NCBI GenBank assembly: GCA_963760615.1
Contig: CAVXDX010000003.1
Span: 96,001 to 160,000 of the forward strand
Length of the DNA stretch: 64,000 bases
From: an uncultured Candidatus Micrarchaeota archaeon
GTDB taxonomy: Archaea > Micrarchaeota > Micrarchaeia > Burarchaeales > Fermentimicrarchaeaceae
Reading direction: 5' to 3'
Below are positions 20,680 through 29,889 of the stretch, in pieces. Within the stretch, counting starts at the first letter, position 1. Each line of letters opens with the position of its first letter. Under the pieces are notes generated by a model. The model was not told where the DNA came from. It saw only the letters and a list, made by a program, of their open reading frames with translations, and did no database searches. The position numbers and the translations under genes are program-made.

Positions 20680-21054
20680 TCATTCGAATTGTAAGCGTGA
20701 CTTGCCCCTCAATATTATGACTTTCACCCCTTCTTTCTTCAGCCTTTCTATGAGCCCTCTGTCATTTGTGCAGGCAACCGCGCCGTTTCTCGCGCAGTAG
20801 CTTACAACCCAGTCGTCAACGCTTCCATCGTTCTTTTTTATCTCCACCCTGCCAAGCTTTAGGAGCTTCAATGCGTACCTCGCGGCAGCCGAATCTCTTC
20901 CTTTTCCTGAGCCTACTCCCGTCAATTCAGCAACAACTCCCTCGCACGTGACTGCCCTGTGCTCTCCAAGCAGCTCGCTCAATCCACCGAATATATTCAC
21001 CTTGAATTGATGAGCAAGCATCAGGAAGTTGGTGTCTAGCACTGCTTCAAGCAT
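20680..21054 (-). CDS. PIN-domain protein (Fcf1-like)
   Basis: AVLDTNFLM, VDD, CTNDRGL; conserved position upstream of rpoE1. Confidence 0.88.
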   Translation of the reverse strand: MLEAVLDTNFLMLAHQFKVNIFGGLSELLGEHRAVTCEGVVAELTGVGSGKGRDSAAARYALKLLKLGRVEIKKNDGSVDDWVVSYCARNGAVACTNDRGLIERLKKEGVKVIILRGKSRLQFE

Positions 21055-21092
21055 CCAATTATTTTGTAGAATAACAAATTTAAATGCAACGC

Positions 21093-22169
21093 TTACCTGG
21101 TTATTTTTCCTTCCTTGAACGCATCCAGCAGCTCAGGGTGCTTCTCGAAATACTCCCTGCTCGGTTTTAGTATTCCCGTGAGTTCCCTCGTAACTGCACT
21201 CTTAAGATCTGTGGGGTGCAGCTCACCCTTCTTATACGCATCTCTCAGTTCATCGAATCTCATGTAATCAACATCCCCGCCGTACTTCTTGTTCCTCTCT
21301 ATGTGCAGTGGCTTGTCCTTCATTATCACGTACTCGCAAAGCTCAATTATCGGGTTGTTTTCCGTTTGCTTCTCCGGGCAGTAGGCTGCGCTTATCTTAT
21401 CCTTTATTTCCTTCTCCGAATCATGGATGTATACACTGCTTTTGGGAATGCTCTTGCTCATCTTTGAAGATACCTCCGTATCGAGCTTATCGTTGCTCTC
21501 AAAGCCCATCTTCTGCGGGCCCTGCAACCCCATCAGGAGATGCGTGTGCACTGCAACGGGTTTAGGCCATTTCATCTTTTCAGCAATCTCCCTGGTGAGC
21601 ACGTGCACCTTCCTCTGGTCCATCCCTGCGTGCATGAGTTGTACCTTCAGGTGGAAGATGTCCGCAGCCTGCATTGCAGGATAGAGCAGGGCAGCAGATT
21701 CTGTCGCCTCAGTCTCCTTCCTTCCCATTATTGTCACGCACCTCAGCATCCTTTGTATGCTGGTGCTCTTCATTATCTCAACGACTTTAACCCAGTACCA
21801 CTGGTCATAATGCTCGCTGGCAAGTGCGTATCTAACCTGCGATTCATCCAGACCAAGCGATACAAAACCTGCCTTGAAATACCCTCGGGCTATATCCCTT
21901 ATTAAACTCAAGTCCCCCCCCAGCTTCTTGTTTATCCAGGAGTGGTAGTCAGCCAGCCATATGATAGGCCTTATACCTGCCTTTATGAAATCATTAATCT
22001 TCATTGCCGTAAGCAGCCCGGAGCCTATGTGCATCATCCCGCTTACCTCAAAACCGATGTAGTGCTGTGGGTGCTCCTCCCTCTCAAAAAGCTTGACCAG
22101 CTCCTCCTCAGTAAGCAGCTCTTCAGTCGGCTTCCTCTTCACAAGAAAAACCTTATCCTCTATGTTCAA
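21093..22169 (-). CDS. tyrS: Tyrosine--tRNA ligase
   Basis: YIGFEVSGMMHIGS, YPAMQAADI, GMDQRKVH, KMSKS. Confidence 0.96.
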   Translation of the reverse strand: MNIEDKVFLVKRKPTEELLTEEELVKLFEREEHPQHYIGFEVSGMMHIGSGLLTAMKINDFIKAGIRPIIWLADYHSWINKKLGGDLSLIRDIARGYFKAGFVSLGLDESQVRYALASEHYDQWYWVKVVEIMKSTSIQRMLRCVTIMGRKETEATESAALLYPAMQAADIFHLKVQLMHAGMDQRKVHVLTREIAEKMKWPKPVAVHTHLLMGLQGPQKMGFESNDKLDTEVSSKMSKSIPKSSVYIHDSEKEIKDKISAAYCPEKQTENNPIIELCEYVIMKDKPLHIERNKKYGGDVDYMRFDELRDAYKKGELHPTDLKSAVTRELTGILKPSREYFEKHPELLDAFKEGKITR

Positions 22170-22180
22170 CTAATCACCTT

Positions 22181-22927
22181 CTATGCAATCTCAGGCATCT
22201 CACATTTGAATTCCATCAATTTTATTCTTTCCCTAACCCTCCTTATAGTGCTTTCCTTCAAACCGAGCTCTCTTGCAATGGTCCTATCACTCTCCTTCCC
22301 AATTCTCATCAGAATACTGTCAAGCTTGCTGTAGCTTATCCCAAGTTCTCCTTCAGCGGTCTGCCCTTCCCATAACCCCGGAGAGGGTTTCTTCCTTATT
22401 ATCTCTCTTGGAACCCCAAGCTTCTCCGCAAGTTTTCTCACCTCAGTTTTATACAGCCCGCCGATTGGAAGAAAATCGACTCCCCCGTCCCCATAGCGTG
22501 TGAAATAACCCATCTTCAGCTCACTTCTGTTGCCTGTCCCTGCAACAAGTAGATTCCTGCTGTTGGAAAAGTAATACAGGGTGCACATCCTTATTCTGGC
22601 CCGCAGGTTCCCGTTCGGTATTCGCGCCCCCTCCCCGAATCTTGGCAGTATCATCTTGAACTCCTTATACACCGAGCTGAAATCGATTATGTAGTATCCC
22701 ACACCCAGACGCTTTGCGAGTTTTACCGCATCTTCCATGTCCGTCTTGCCAGTGGTCTCGCTCTCAGGCATTATCAGAGCAGTTACTCTTTTCTTACCAA
22801 GAGCTCTTGTGCAGAGTGTTGCGACAACTGCAGAATCGATCCCTCCGCTGATGCCGACAACTACCCCCTTTGCGCCAGCTTCTCTGACCTTTCTCCTTAT
22901 GAAGCTCTCAGTCCTCCTTACCTGCAT
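22181..22927 (-). CDS. nadE: NH3-dependent NAD+ synthetase
   Basis: GISGGIDSAV, GNLRARIRM, GTGNRSE, GYFTRYGDGG, PSPGLW. Confidence 0.95.
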   Translation of the reverse strand: MQVRRTESFIRRKVREAGAKGVVVGISGGIDSAVVATLCTRALGKKRVTALIMPESETTGKTDMEDAVKLAKRLGVGYYIIDFSSVYKEFKMILPRFGEGARIPNGNLRARIRMCTLYYFSNSRNLLVAGTGNRSELKMGYFTRYGDGGVDFLPIGGLYKTEVRKLAEKLGVPREIIRKKPSPGLWEGQTAEGELGISYSKLDSILMRIGKESDRTIARELGLKESTIRRVRERIKLMEFKCEMPEIA

Positions 22928-23029
22928 ACAAGATATTTCTCTTGCAACTCTTTTTATTATTTGCTTAGACCAACCGCAAACAATATAAAATGTTAATGGA
23001 TTAATTACTGTATAGATTGAGGTGAGTTG

Positions 23030-23143
23030 TTGGGTTCTATCCCCAGAAAATGGAAGAAAGCCGGAAGAATGCGTTGGAAATGGCTTAAGAAAAGAAGGAA
23101 GAAGATGAAGAGAAAGCTCAAGAGAAGAGTGGGCGAGCTCTAG
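23030..23143 (+). CDS. rpl41e: Ribosomal protein eL41 (archaeal L41e)
   Basis: TTG start 4 nt after GAGGTGA. MGSIPRKWKKAGRMRWKWLKKRRKKMKRKLKRRVGEL contains the WKK.GRMRWKW signature. 37 aa, below the ORF-track cutoff. Confidence 0.88.
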   Translation: MGSIPRKWKKAGRMRWKWLKKRRKKMKRKLKRRVGEL

Positions 23144-23760
23144 GTGCCTGCCCAGCTCCTAACAACATATCTACCTCTCTTCTCTATTTCTGCGAGTTGT
23201 TTCACAACCTCTTCGTACTTTTCATACTCCTCGTAGCCAGAGAGGAAGCTCCTGAATGTTCTCTCATCCCCAAGCGATTTCTTCATGAGCAGAACATCAA
23301 TTGCCTTCTCCTCAGCATCCTTTGAAAAGCTTCCAAGACCGAAATCTATGAAAAAAACCTTTCCGTTGCTGATCATCACGTTGGCAGTTGTGAAATCTCC
23401 ATGCACCACTCCGTGCCTGTGCAGTTTCGCCAGCCCTCTTCCAACCTCTTCAACTACCTTGCCGATGCCTCTACCTTTTTTATTTTTGATGAAATCCCTG
23501 AGCAACACGCCGTTTATGAAACCGAGCTTCAGCTCAAACTCATCTATTTCATATACGACTGGGCAAGCCACGCCAGCCCCCTTAGCTGAGTGCAAGAGAT
23601 ATGCTTCCCCTCTTGTCCTGCTTCCTCTCAGTGGAATGTCTATCTCCCTTATCCTATACCTCTTGGAAACTCTATTCTTGCTGGCGATTCTCCTATCAAC
23701 AAGCCTCTCGATGTAAAGCTCTGCCTCTGCGCCCCTTGCGAGGAATTTTGCCATATGCAA
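23140..23760 (-). CDS. bud32: KEOPS kinase Bud32
   Basis: RGAEA, RTRGEA, VHGDFTTANV, IDFGL, EKRGRY. Confidence 0.93.
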   Translation of the reverse strand: MHMAKFLARGAEAELYIERLVDRRIASKNRVSKRYRIREIDIPLRGSRTRGEAYLLHSAKGAGVACPVVYEIDEFELKLGFINGVLLRDFIKNKKGRGIGKVVEEVGRGLAKLHRHGVVHGDFTTANVMISNGKVFFIDFGLGSFSKDAEEKAIDVLLMKKSLGDERTFRSFLSGYEEYEKYEEVVKQLAEIEKRGRYVVRSWAGT

Positions 23761-23795
23761 ACCTACCTAGGATGCTTCATCAAAAGCGTGCTTGT

Positions 23796-24134
23796 CTAAA
23801 ACTCTTTTATGGCAGCGTTTAGCACAAGCATTATCACAAACGTTATGAACGCCCAAAATGCTATATCAAGGATGCCACCAAGCCAGTTTATGCTCCCACT
23901 CTGCCATCCGTTGTAAGTATTGTAAATGAACCAGGCATACGGATAGCCGTTCGCTATGTTTTCACCTATGCAATTGCTTGTGCATCCCGAACTTTCGTGG
24001 TATGCTCCAGATATGAAGACCACGAACAGCGCTATGATAAGAGAGTAAAATATTCCATCGCTCAGACTTGGTCCTGCGACTCTTTTAGCTCCCGCAGTTT
24101 TTACAGCCCTAGGCGCCTTCTTCCTCCTCGGCAT
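23796..24134 (-). CDS. Small membrane protein
   Basis: Basic N-terminus, 2 TM segments and a loop with NGYPYAW. Confidence 0.65.
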   Translation of the reverse strand: MPRRKKAPRAVKTAGAKRVAGPSLSDGIFYSLIIALFVVFISGAYHESSGCTSNCIGENIANGYPYAWFIYNTYNGWQSGSINWLGGILDIAFWAFITFVIMLVLNAAIKEF

Positions 24135-24199
24135 ATGGCATCACCGAATATGATTATTTCGCGCCCATTAATAAATATAACTCTTTGAAGAAGATTCTC

Positions 24200-24347
24200 A
24201 TCACTTAGAAAGGAGATAAATGCAATACCAAATTTACAATACTCGCTATCCGGAAGTAACGCCCGTAATTCCGTAAAGGAGAGAGATGTTGCAAACAATA
24301 TCTGTGAAGCAGGAAGCACTCATCCCTCAAAGGTGGGGGCATGTCAC
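24200..24347 (+). mobile_element. Decayed IS200/IS605 tnpB 3' end / omegaRNA-like remnant with right end
   Basis: Ends in AAAGGTGGGGGCATGTCAC, like the right ends at 39997 and 63042. Preceded by GGAAGTAACGCC...TGTGAAGCAGGAAGC and a frameshifted HLER(D)INA..NL RuvC-III-like remnant. No intact ORF. Confidence 0.65.
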
Positions 24348-24435
24348 TAATTTATCATCAGTTTGGGGTGGAAGCATGTGATAAGTGTGCAAACCACCCA
24401 TTAACATTATATACCAATCTTAGCAATAAGATTTC

Positions 24436-25878
24436 ATGAGATGCAAAAAGGCGCAAATCTCCGGTCTTGACCTTATACTCGCAATAATGCTCTTCTCTCT
24501 TGCCCTTATACTCTTTTCGATTTTATGGGATGTGGTGCAGTACAACGTAAAGACTCAAGCAGATGCTGATATAATTGCCATCCAGGTTGCGAATAGACTC
24601 CTAGGCAGCCCAGGCTACCCATCTGACTGGAATGCAACGAATGTGCAGCTGATAGGTTTATCATCTGAAAGAGGTGTCATGGACCAGAGCAAATTCCAAA
24701 ACCTACTTGATCTACTGGCCCAACCTGGTGGCTATGATCAGGTGAGGCAGATGTTGGGTTTGGGCCCCTATCAGTTTTATATTAGTATGACCAACCCAGA
24801 CGGCTCTCCAATCCTCATCAACGGCCAACCCGCCCAGGGGGGAGACCCCCCAACCAATGCAACCAGTGTGAGCAGCATAAAAAGGACTGCGCTCTACGGC
24901 ACAATTATGGTGTTCAACAACTCAATAACATTCGTCCAGGATTCATCCGGGAGCATGGACTGGTTTTCAACAGGCATAAATTATACGAATTCGAATCTAA
25001 GTGCAAGGAATGTATGGGTCAATATCTACAATGTGAGCTTCCCAAGCTCGCCAACTAGCAATTTTGACTTTATATTTGAGTTCAACGACACCAGCCTCAC
25101 TGGAGGGAACCAGGTCAAGCTAAATGTTACAAGTCCTTCTGGTAAGAAATATGCAGTGCCGAACTGCGGCAGCTCGTCAGGCTGCAGCTGCGGGTCTGGG
25201 ACAAATGGCTGCTTGGCATTTTCATACTCTGGAGGAGCGCGCATGAACTTCACACAGGCACTTTGGAATTCCACAGGAGTCTGGCAGGTTTGGATAAGGA
25301 AATCAGTGAATAACCCTATTACATACGATTCATTTGCTCAAACGCCGCCGAGGAGGATAGATGCTGCAAAAACTGCAATTGATGCCTTTGTTGACGTAAT
25401 TTCAAACGAATCCAAGGGACTTGATGAAATGTCGCTGTTCGATTTCAACAGTTGCAACAGCAACATGATAAATGGTTTCACGACAAATTACCCGCAGATT
25501 AAATCCAATGTGAATTCCATAACTGCATCAGGTTCAACACCGCTCGCCCAAGCTATCAGGGATGCGGCCGACTACACAAATTCAAGCTCAACAAGAAAGC
25601 ACAATATGATAATTGTTGTGTCAGACGGGCAGGAGACATGCGGTGGGGACATAGTTGCCGCGGCAACCTATGCCGCAGGCAAGGTTCAAAGGATCTGCAC
25701 TGTAGGGCTGGAGCAAGGTGGAGATGGTGCAAACCAGCTCACGCAAGCTGCCAAAATAGGGCATTGCCAGTATTACGCTGCAAGAAACGAGCAGCAGCTT
25801 GAATTGTACCTGAGACAACTCTACTTCGGGACTCTTGCGAAGGAGACAGTGGTGCTCAACATAGTGGTATGGAGATGA
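24436..25878 (+). CDS. Class III prepilin-like protein with split vWA (MIDAS) domain
   Basis: KKAQ-ISGLDLILA N-terminus. DSSGSM, then an ~120-aa insert, then RIDAAK...GSTPLAQAI...VVSDGQETCGGD. Confidence 0.8.
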   Translation: MRCKKAQISGLDLILAIMLFSLALILFSILWDVVQYNVKTQADADIIAIQVANRLLGSPGYPSDWNATNVQLIGLSSERGVMDQSKFQNLLDLLAQPGGYDQVRQMLGLGPYQFYISMTNPDGSPILINGQPAQGGDPPTNATSVSSIKRTALYGTIMVFNNSITFVQDSSGSMDWFSTGINYTNSNLSARNVWVNIYNVSFPSSPTSNFDFIFEFNDTSLTGGNQVKLNVTSPSGKKYAVPNCGSSSGCSCGSGTNGCLAFSYSGGARMNFTQALWNSTGVWQVWIRKSVNNPITYDSFAQTPPRRIDAAKTAIDAFVDVISNESKGLDEMSLFDFNSCNSNMINGFTTNYPQIKSNVNSITASGSTPLAQAIRDAADYTNSSSTRKHNMIIVVSDGQETCGGDIVAAATYAAGKVQRICTVGLEQGGDGANQLTQAAKIGHCQYYAARNEQQLELYLRQLYFGTLAKETVVLNIVVWR

Positions 25879-26309
25879 GAAAAGGAGTTATTTTCACCCT
25901 TGACGCGCTCGTTGCTGTCGTTATAGCAGTAATGGCACTCGCCATACTCATGCAAATGGTGAGCCTTAAGACTGGAGAGTGGTACAAGGAAATTGCACTC
26001 TACAACTCGGCTCAGGACATTCTCACCTCAAAGGACAAGGATGGCACCCTGGGAAGTATATTCGGCACCTCTGATGCAGTTGCGGTATACAATCTCAACA
26101 ATTCGATCGCATCCCAGCTACCCAGCAACATGGTGGCCAGGATGAACGTAAGCGTCTACAATTATCAATCCAATTCTTTTGTATGCGTCAGGAACCTGAC
26201 TGCTGGGCAGAGCGGGACAACGCCGATTAAAAGCGTTGTTAGGAGAGTTTTCACAGATCCGCCGAACAATAATTACAGTGTTGTGGTTATGGAAGTGTGG
26301 TACCGATGA
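25875..26309 (+). CDS. Class III prepilin-like protein
   Basis: MRKG-VIFTLDALVAVVIAV; ATGA overlap with the upstream gene. Confidence 0.75.
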   Translation: MRKGVIFTLDALVAVVIAVMALAILMQMVSLKTGEWYKEIALYNSAQDILTSKDKDGTLGSIFGTSDAVAVYNLNNSIASQLPSNMVARMNVSVYNYQSNSFVCVRNLTAGQSGTTPIKSVVRRVFTDPPNNNYSVVVMEVWYR

Positions 26310-27199
26310 GAAGAGGTTTCATGCTCACTGCCATCACCGTAGTGCTCTTTATGGTGTTGATTGATACGGCATTCCAGTACTCGAAGAGTTCTTCAGCCTT
26401 CTCAAAGAGAATTTCAGAGATGATTGTCTCGGAGAAGGTGAGCTATACCTTTGATGATATAACAGAAGATATAACCAACATAGTCGGTCTCAGAGTAACA
26501 CAGCAGGCGTCGGATTTGATAATAGAGGATTCAATGCCTGGAGCAAACATAACAAACAATCTTGCGCGCTATGAGAATTTTGTAAGGAGCTACTACCTAA
26601 CCCCTGAGATTGAGGCAAAATTCATGAATGCAAATGACCAGCAGATAAGTCTAAACTCCCTCTCAACGAACATGTATCTAAGCCCCTTCAATCTGAGCTA
26701 TGGCTACCAGGATTTTGGGAAAAATAATACTCTAATACAAGTTCCGCTGTCGCAATCAACTGGAGTGCAATACATGTGGTACAATATAAGCGTCACAAGC
26801 GGCAACTTCTCAAATGTCTCAGGTATAAGCTGGAACCCTCCACCCCTCCCATGCGTGCCGGGTACACCAGGCTGCATGAGGTTTTACCTGGCGATAAACG
26901 ACAGTTTCAATAACCAGTACATCGGGGATACCTATACTTATTTTGATATGACGCAGCGTGCCGGGTACATGAACATAAGTTTCGTCAACCAGACCTGCTA
27001 CATGGAGATTCAGGTTGCAAATCAGTACCTGCTCAACCTCACCAATCACGGATGCAACATAACAACTTACATTGGGTTCAACTTCAACAGCAGTAACTTG
27101 GGGGTTTACTTCCCGGAAAAACTGAGCATCAGGGATACAAATTATAACACTCTAAAGAAGGACAATATAAATGTCGTTGTAACGAGGCTGCTGAGGTAG
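26306..27199 (+). CDS. Class III prepilin-like secreted protein
   Basis: MRRG-FMLTAITVVLFMV; Asn/Ser/Thr-rich with many N-x-S/T sequons; ATGA overlap. Confidence 0.7.
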   Translation: MRRGFMLTAITVVLFMVLIDTAFQYSKSSSAFSKRISEMIVSEKVSYTFDDITEDITNIVGLRVTQQASDLIIEDSMPGANITNNLARYENFVRSYYLTPEIEAKFMNANDQQISLNSLSTNMYLSPFNLSYGYQDFGKNNTLIQVPLSQSTGVQYMWYNISVTSGNFSNVSGISWNPPPLPCVPGTPGCMRFYLAINDSFNNQYIGDTYTYFDMTQRAGYMNISFVNQTCYMEIQVANQYLLNLTNHGCNITTYIGFNFNSSNLGVYFPEKLSIRDTNYNTLKKDNINVVVTRLLR

Positions 27200-28168
27200 C
27201 TACCACTTTACCTCAACTTCATCAACCCTCATCTTCTGAACAACTCTGCACTCTGCGAGTTTCATCCTCACTCCTGCTTCGTGCATAAGATTCCCTGTCA
27301 ATGCTATCATTGCCCCGTTGTCCGCATTAAACTGTCCCTCGGTAACAAAAAGCCTGCAGCTATGAGGCTTGGCCATTTCTCTCAGCATCTCCTGCAGCCT
27401 GCCATTCTGGGCGACTCCACCACAGAGTATAAGCTCCTTGCTTCTTGTCAATGCCAAGGCCCTCTCCGTAGCCTCAACGAGCATTGAGAAAGCAGTTTCC
27501 TGCAAGGAGTAGCACACGTCCTCCTTCCTATGTGTTCTCAAGCTATTCTGTGCCTCCGTGAGAAGCCCTGTAAAAACCAGGTCCATACCCTTCACTGAGT
27601 AGGGCAATGGAATGTACCTACCATCCCGCGCCATCTTCTCAATGACGGAACCGTGGGCGTGCTTCAACCCCATGTTCCTGCCAACGGAGTCTATAAGGTT
27701 CCCGAGGCCAATGTCAAGAGTTTCTCCCATCACCCGGTACCTTCTATCCTCAAGGATTATTATCTGAGTGTTTCCTCCACTCACATACACCACAAGCGGG
27801 TTCTTGCATCCGCAGAGTGCCCTCACTATTTCAATGTGAGCCAAGGCGTGGTTAACCCCAATTATGGGTTTATTAAGCATTTGAGCCATCGTTTTTGCTC
27901 CGACAAGTCCAATTTTCAAGCATGCCCCCAAGCCTGGTCCCATGGTGAAAGCTACCAGCCCAATCTCTCTGAGTTCTACTCCGCTTGTATCGAGTGCTCT
28001 TTCCAGTACTGGCTCAAACTCTTTTGAGAGGAAATCCGCAGCCTTTCTAGGGTGTATGCCAGCGTATTTTGGCTGGTAAGTGCTCCTCTCATTGGCAAGC
28101 ACCTTCCTGTCATCCACTATCCCAATGCCCATTGTATGCGCGCTGCTTTCCATACCGATGCATATCAT
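27200..28168 (-). CDS. kae1: KEOPS N6-threonylcarbamoyltransferase Kae1
   Basis: GMESSAHT, GIHP, GPGLG, VNHALAHIEI, YVSGGNTQ, GETLDIGLGN, DNGAMIA. Confidence 0.97.
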   Translation of the reverse strand: MICIGMESSAHTMGIGIVDDRKVLANERSTYQPKYAGIHPRKAADFLSKEFEPVLERALDTSGVELREIGLVAFTMGPGLGACLKIGLVGAKTMAQMLNKPIIGVNHALAHIEIVRALCGCKNPLVVYVSGGNTQIIILEDRRYRVMGETLDIGLGNLIDSVGRNMGLKHAHGSVIEKMARDGRYIPLPYSVKGMDLVFTGLLTEAQNSLRTHRKEDVCYSLQETAFSMLVEATERALALTRSKELILCGGVAQNGRLQEMLREMAKPHSCRLFVTEGQFNADNGAMIALTGNLMHEAGVRMKLAECRVVQKMRVDEVEVKW

Positions 28169-28172
28169 CTTA

Positions 28173-28967
28173 TCACTTGCCGTAGTAAAGCATCACAATT
28201 GCAACATTTATGAAATTAAACGTAGCATGGGCGAATATTGAGGGTATGACTGACTTCCTTGCTTTGCATAGGAGCGCGAATATTAAACCGGCTGTGAAGG
28301 CTGCGATGAATTCCATTTTAGAATCGTAAGAATAGTGCGCCAATGCAAAAAGCAGTGTTGAAATAATAATCCCAAAACCAGTGTGTACATATTCGAGACT
28401 GCTGAGCAGGAATCCCCTGAAGAAAATTTCCTCAGCAATTGGGCCGATGGTGAATGAAAAAATTAGTATATACAGTGGTAATCCACTCATTATCATTGAC
28501 ACCTTCCCCGCCTCCTCAAGGTGCAGCAAGAATATGACCACAATAGCCTCTGCAATTATCAGCGGGCCGACAAGAAACAAAGTTGTCGCAACCCCTAAAA
28601 CTGCATTCATCAGAAGCCCATCCCTCTTTAGACCGAGGTATCCAAAAGTTTTTTCCAAACTCCGAAGTTGGAACTCAACATCCCATACGAATGGAAAGGA
28701 GAGGAAAGCTGTTGAAAGAACTATGGCTGAAGCATAGGGAACACGCATCAAAAACAGCAATAAAGCTGCATATAGCCAAACAAACCAAATTCCCGCAGCT
28801 CTTCCGTACCTCTTACCTACCTCAACAGTGCATACGACAAGCGCAAAACCTAGAACCGGAATAGCAATGAAAAGAGGCAATCCTTTTATGAGGGCTGTTA
28901 AGATGGCGAATATGGAACTAAAAAATAGAAGCAGAGCGAGTATGCGAAAGGTTCTCTCATTCTGCAT
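28173..28967 (-). CDS. CPBP (CAAX protease/Abi) intramembrane metalloprotease
   Basis: PIAEEIFFRG, FALAH, AHATFN, multi-TM. Confidence 0.9.
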   Translation of the reverse strand: MQNERTFRILALLLFFSSIFAILTALIKGLPLFIAIPVLGFALVVCTVEVGKRYGRAAGIWFVWLYAALLLFLMRVPYASAIVLSTAFLSFPFVWDVEFQLRSLEKTFGYLGLKRDGLLMNAVLGVATTLFLVGPLIIAEAIVVIFLLHLEEAGKVSMIMSGLPLYILIFSFTIGPIAEEIFFRGFLLSSLEYVHTGFGIIISTLLFALAHYSYDSKMEFIAAFTAGLIFALLCKARKSVIPSIFAHATFNFINVAIVMLYYGK

Positions 28968-28971
28968 CCTA

Positions 28972-29109
28972 CTACCTTTTCATCTCCAGATAGCCGCATT
29001 TCCCACAGGAGAACCTGTCCTTATGATCCGCCAGGTGCACCCCCCCACCGCATTTTGGGCACGAGCGCCTTGGCTTGTATGATTTTACAACTTTCTTTTT
29101 CTCAGCCAC
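28972..29109 (-). CDS. rps27ae: 30S ribosomal protein eS31 (S27ae)
   Basis: Manual translation [48 protein letters not shown] start overlaps the eS24 stop. Confidence 0.95.
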   Translation of the reverse strand: MAEKKKVVKSYKPRRSCPKCGGGVHLADHKDRFSCGKCGYLEMKR

Positions 29110-29440
29110 TCTTCTCACCCTTCTCCTCCTTTGCAGGAGCTTTCTGCTCAACCTTCTTCTCTTTCTTCACCCCGGCGTCTCTCTCAAGCTTGTGCTTGCT
29201 CTCTATTCCCATTGCCTCCTTACTGGCATAGAATTTCGCATATCCCTTCAACTCCTGGCTGCCGAACCCCTGCTCAAGGATGTCTATAACGGCAAGCGAG
29301 CCATCAGCTCCAAGCTTTGAGCAGAGCGACTCCTTGACTTCCTTCCTGCTCGGAGTTGGGCCCAAGAAGCTTGCTATGAATCTAACCTCATTTCTTTTCA
29401 GAACCGGATTATCCCTCTGCTCGGTTATTTTAATATCCAT
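29102..29440 (-). CDS. rps24e: 30S ribosomal protein eS24
   Basis: [19 protein letters not shown]...KGYAKFY. Confidence 0.95.
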   Translation of the reverse strand: MDIKITEQRDNPVLKRNEVRFIASFLGPTPSRKEVKESLCSKLGADGSLAVIDILEQGFGSQELKGYAKFYASKEAMGIESKHKLERDAGVKKEKKVEQKAPAKEEKGEKSG

Positions 29441-29442
29441 AT

Positions 29443-29838
29443 TCAACCCCTCACTCTAGTTATGATTTTCCTTCCCATACTGTCCATGTACTCAACTTCT
29501 TTACCCGCTACTACCTCATTCTTAAGATCCTGCGGAATTGCCATATCAAATGTGCTGTAGTCCTCCAGGTCCATTATCTGGGCGCTCTCCCCAGTGATTG
29601 ACACCACCTGGCCAGCCTTCCTTTCGATTACCGGTATTTTAACGTCAGCATCCGATGGCTTGAGCAGAGTTTTCTTCTGCCCGTCAAATATGCCAATTGC
29701 CGTAACCCTCATCTTTGCAGCCCCATGCTTACCTGGCGCTGAGCTTTCAATCTCCACAATTCTGCATGGAATGTCATCTATGATGACATATTTCCCGACT
29801 TTCAGGTCTTTCATTACTCCAAATATCTCATCACTCAT
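29443..29838 (-). CDS. eif5a: Translation factor aIF-5A
   Basis: SAPGKHGAAK hypusine motif. Confidence 0.97.
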   Translation of the reverse strand: MSDEIFGVMKDLKVGKYVIIDDIPCRIVEIESSAPGKHGAAKMRVTAIGIFDGQKKTLLKPSDADVKIPVIERKAGQVVSITGESAQIMDLEDYSTFDMAIPQDLKNEVVAGKEVEYMDSMGRKIITRVRG

Positions 29839-29889
29839 TGCCAACACCTACCTATCACTTTTTTAACTTTCTAATTTTTAAACATTCTC

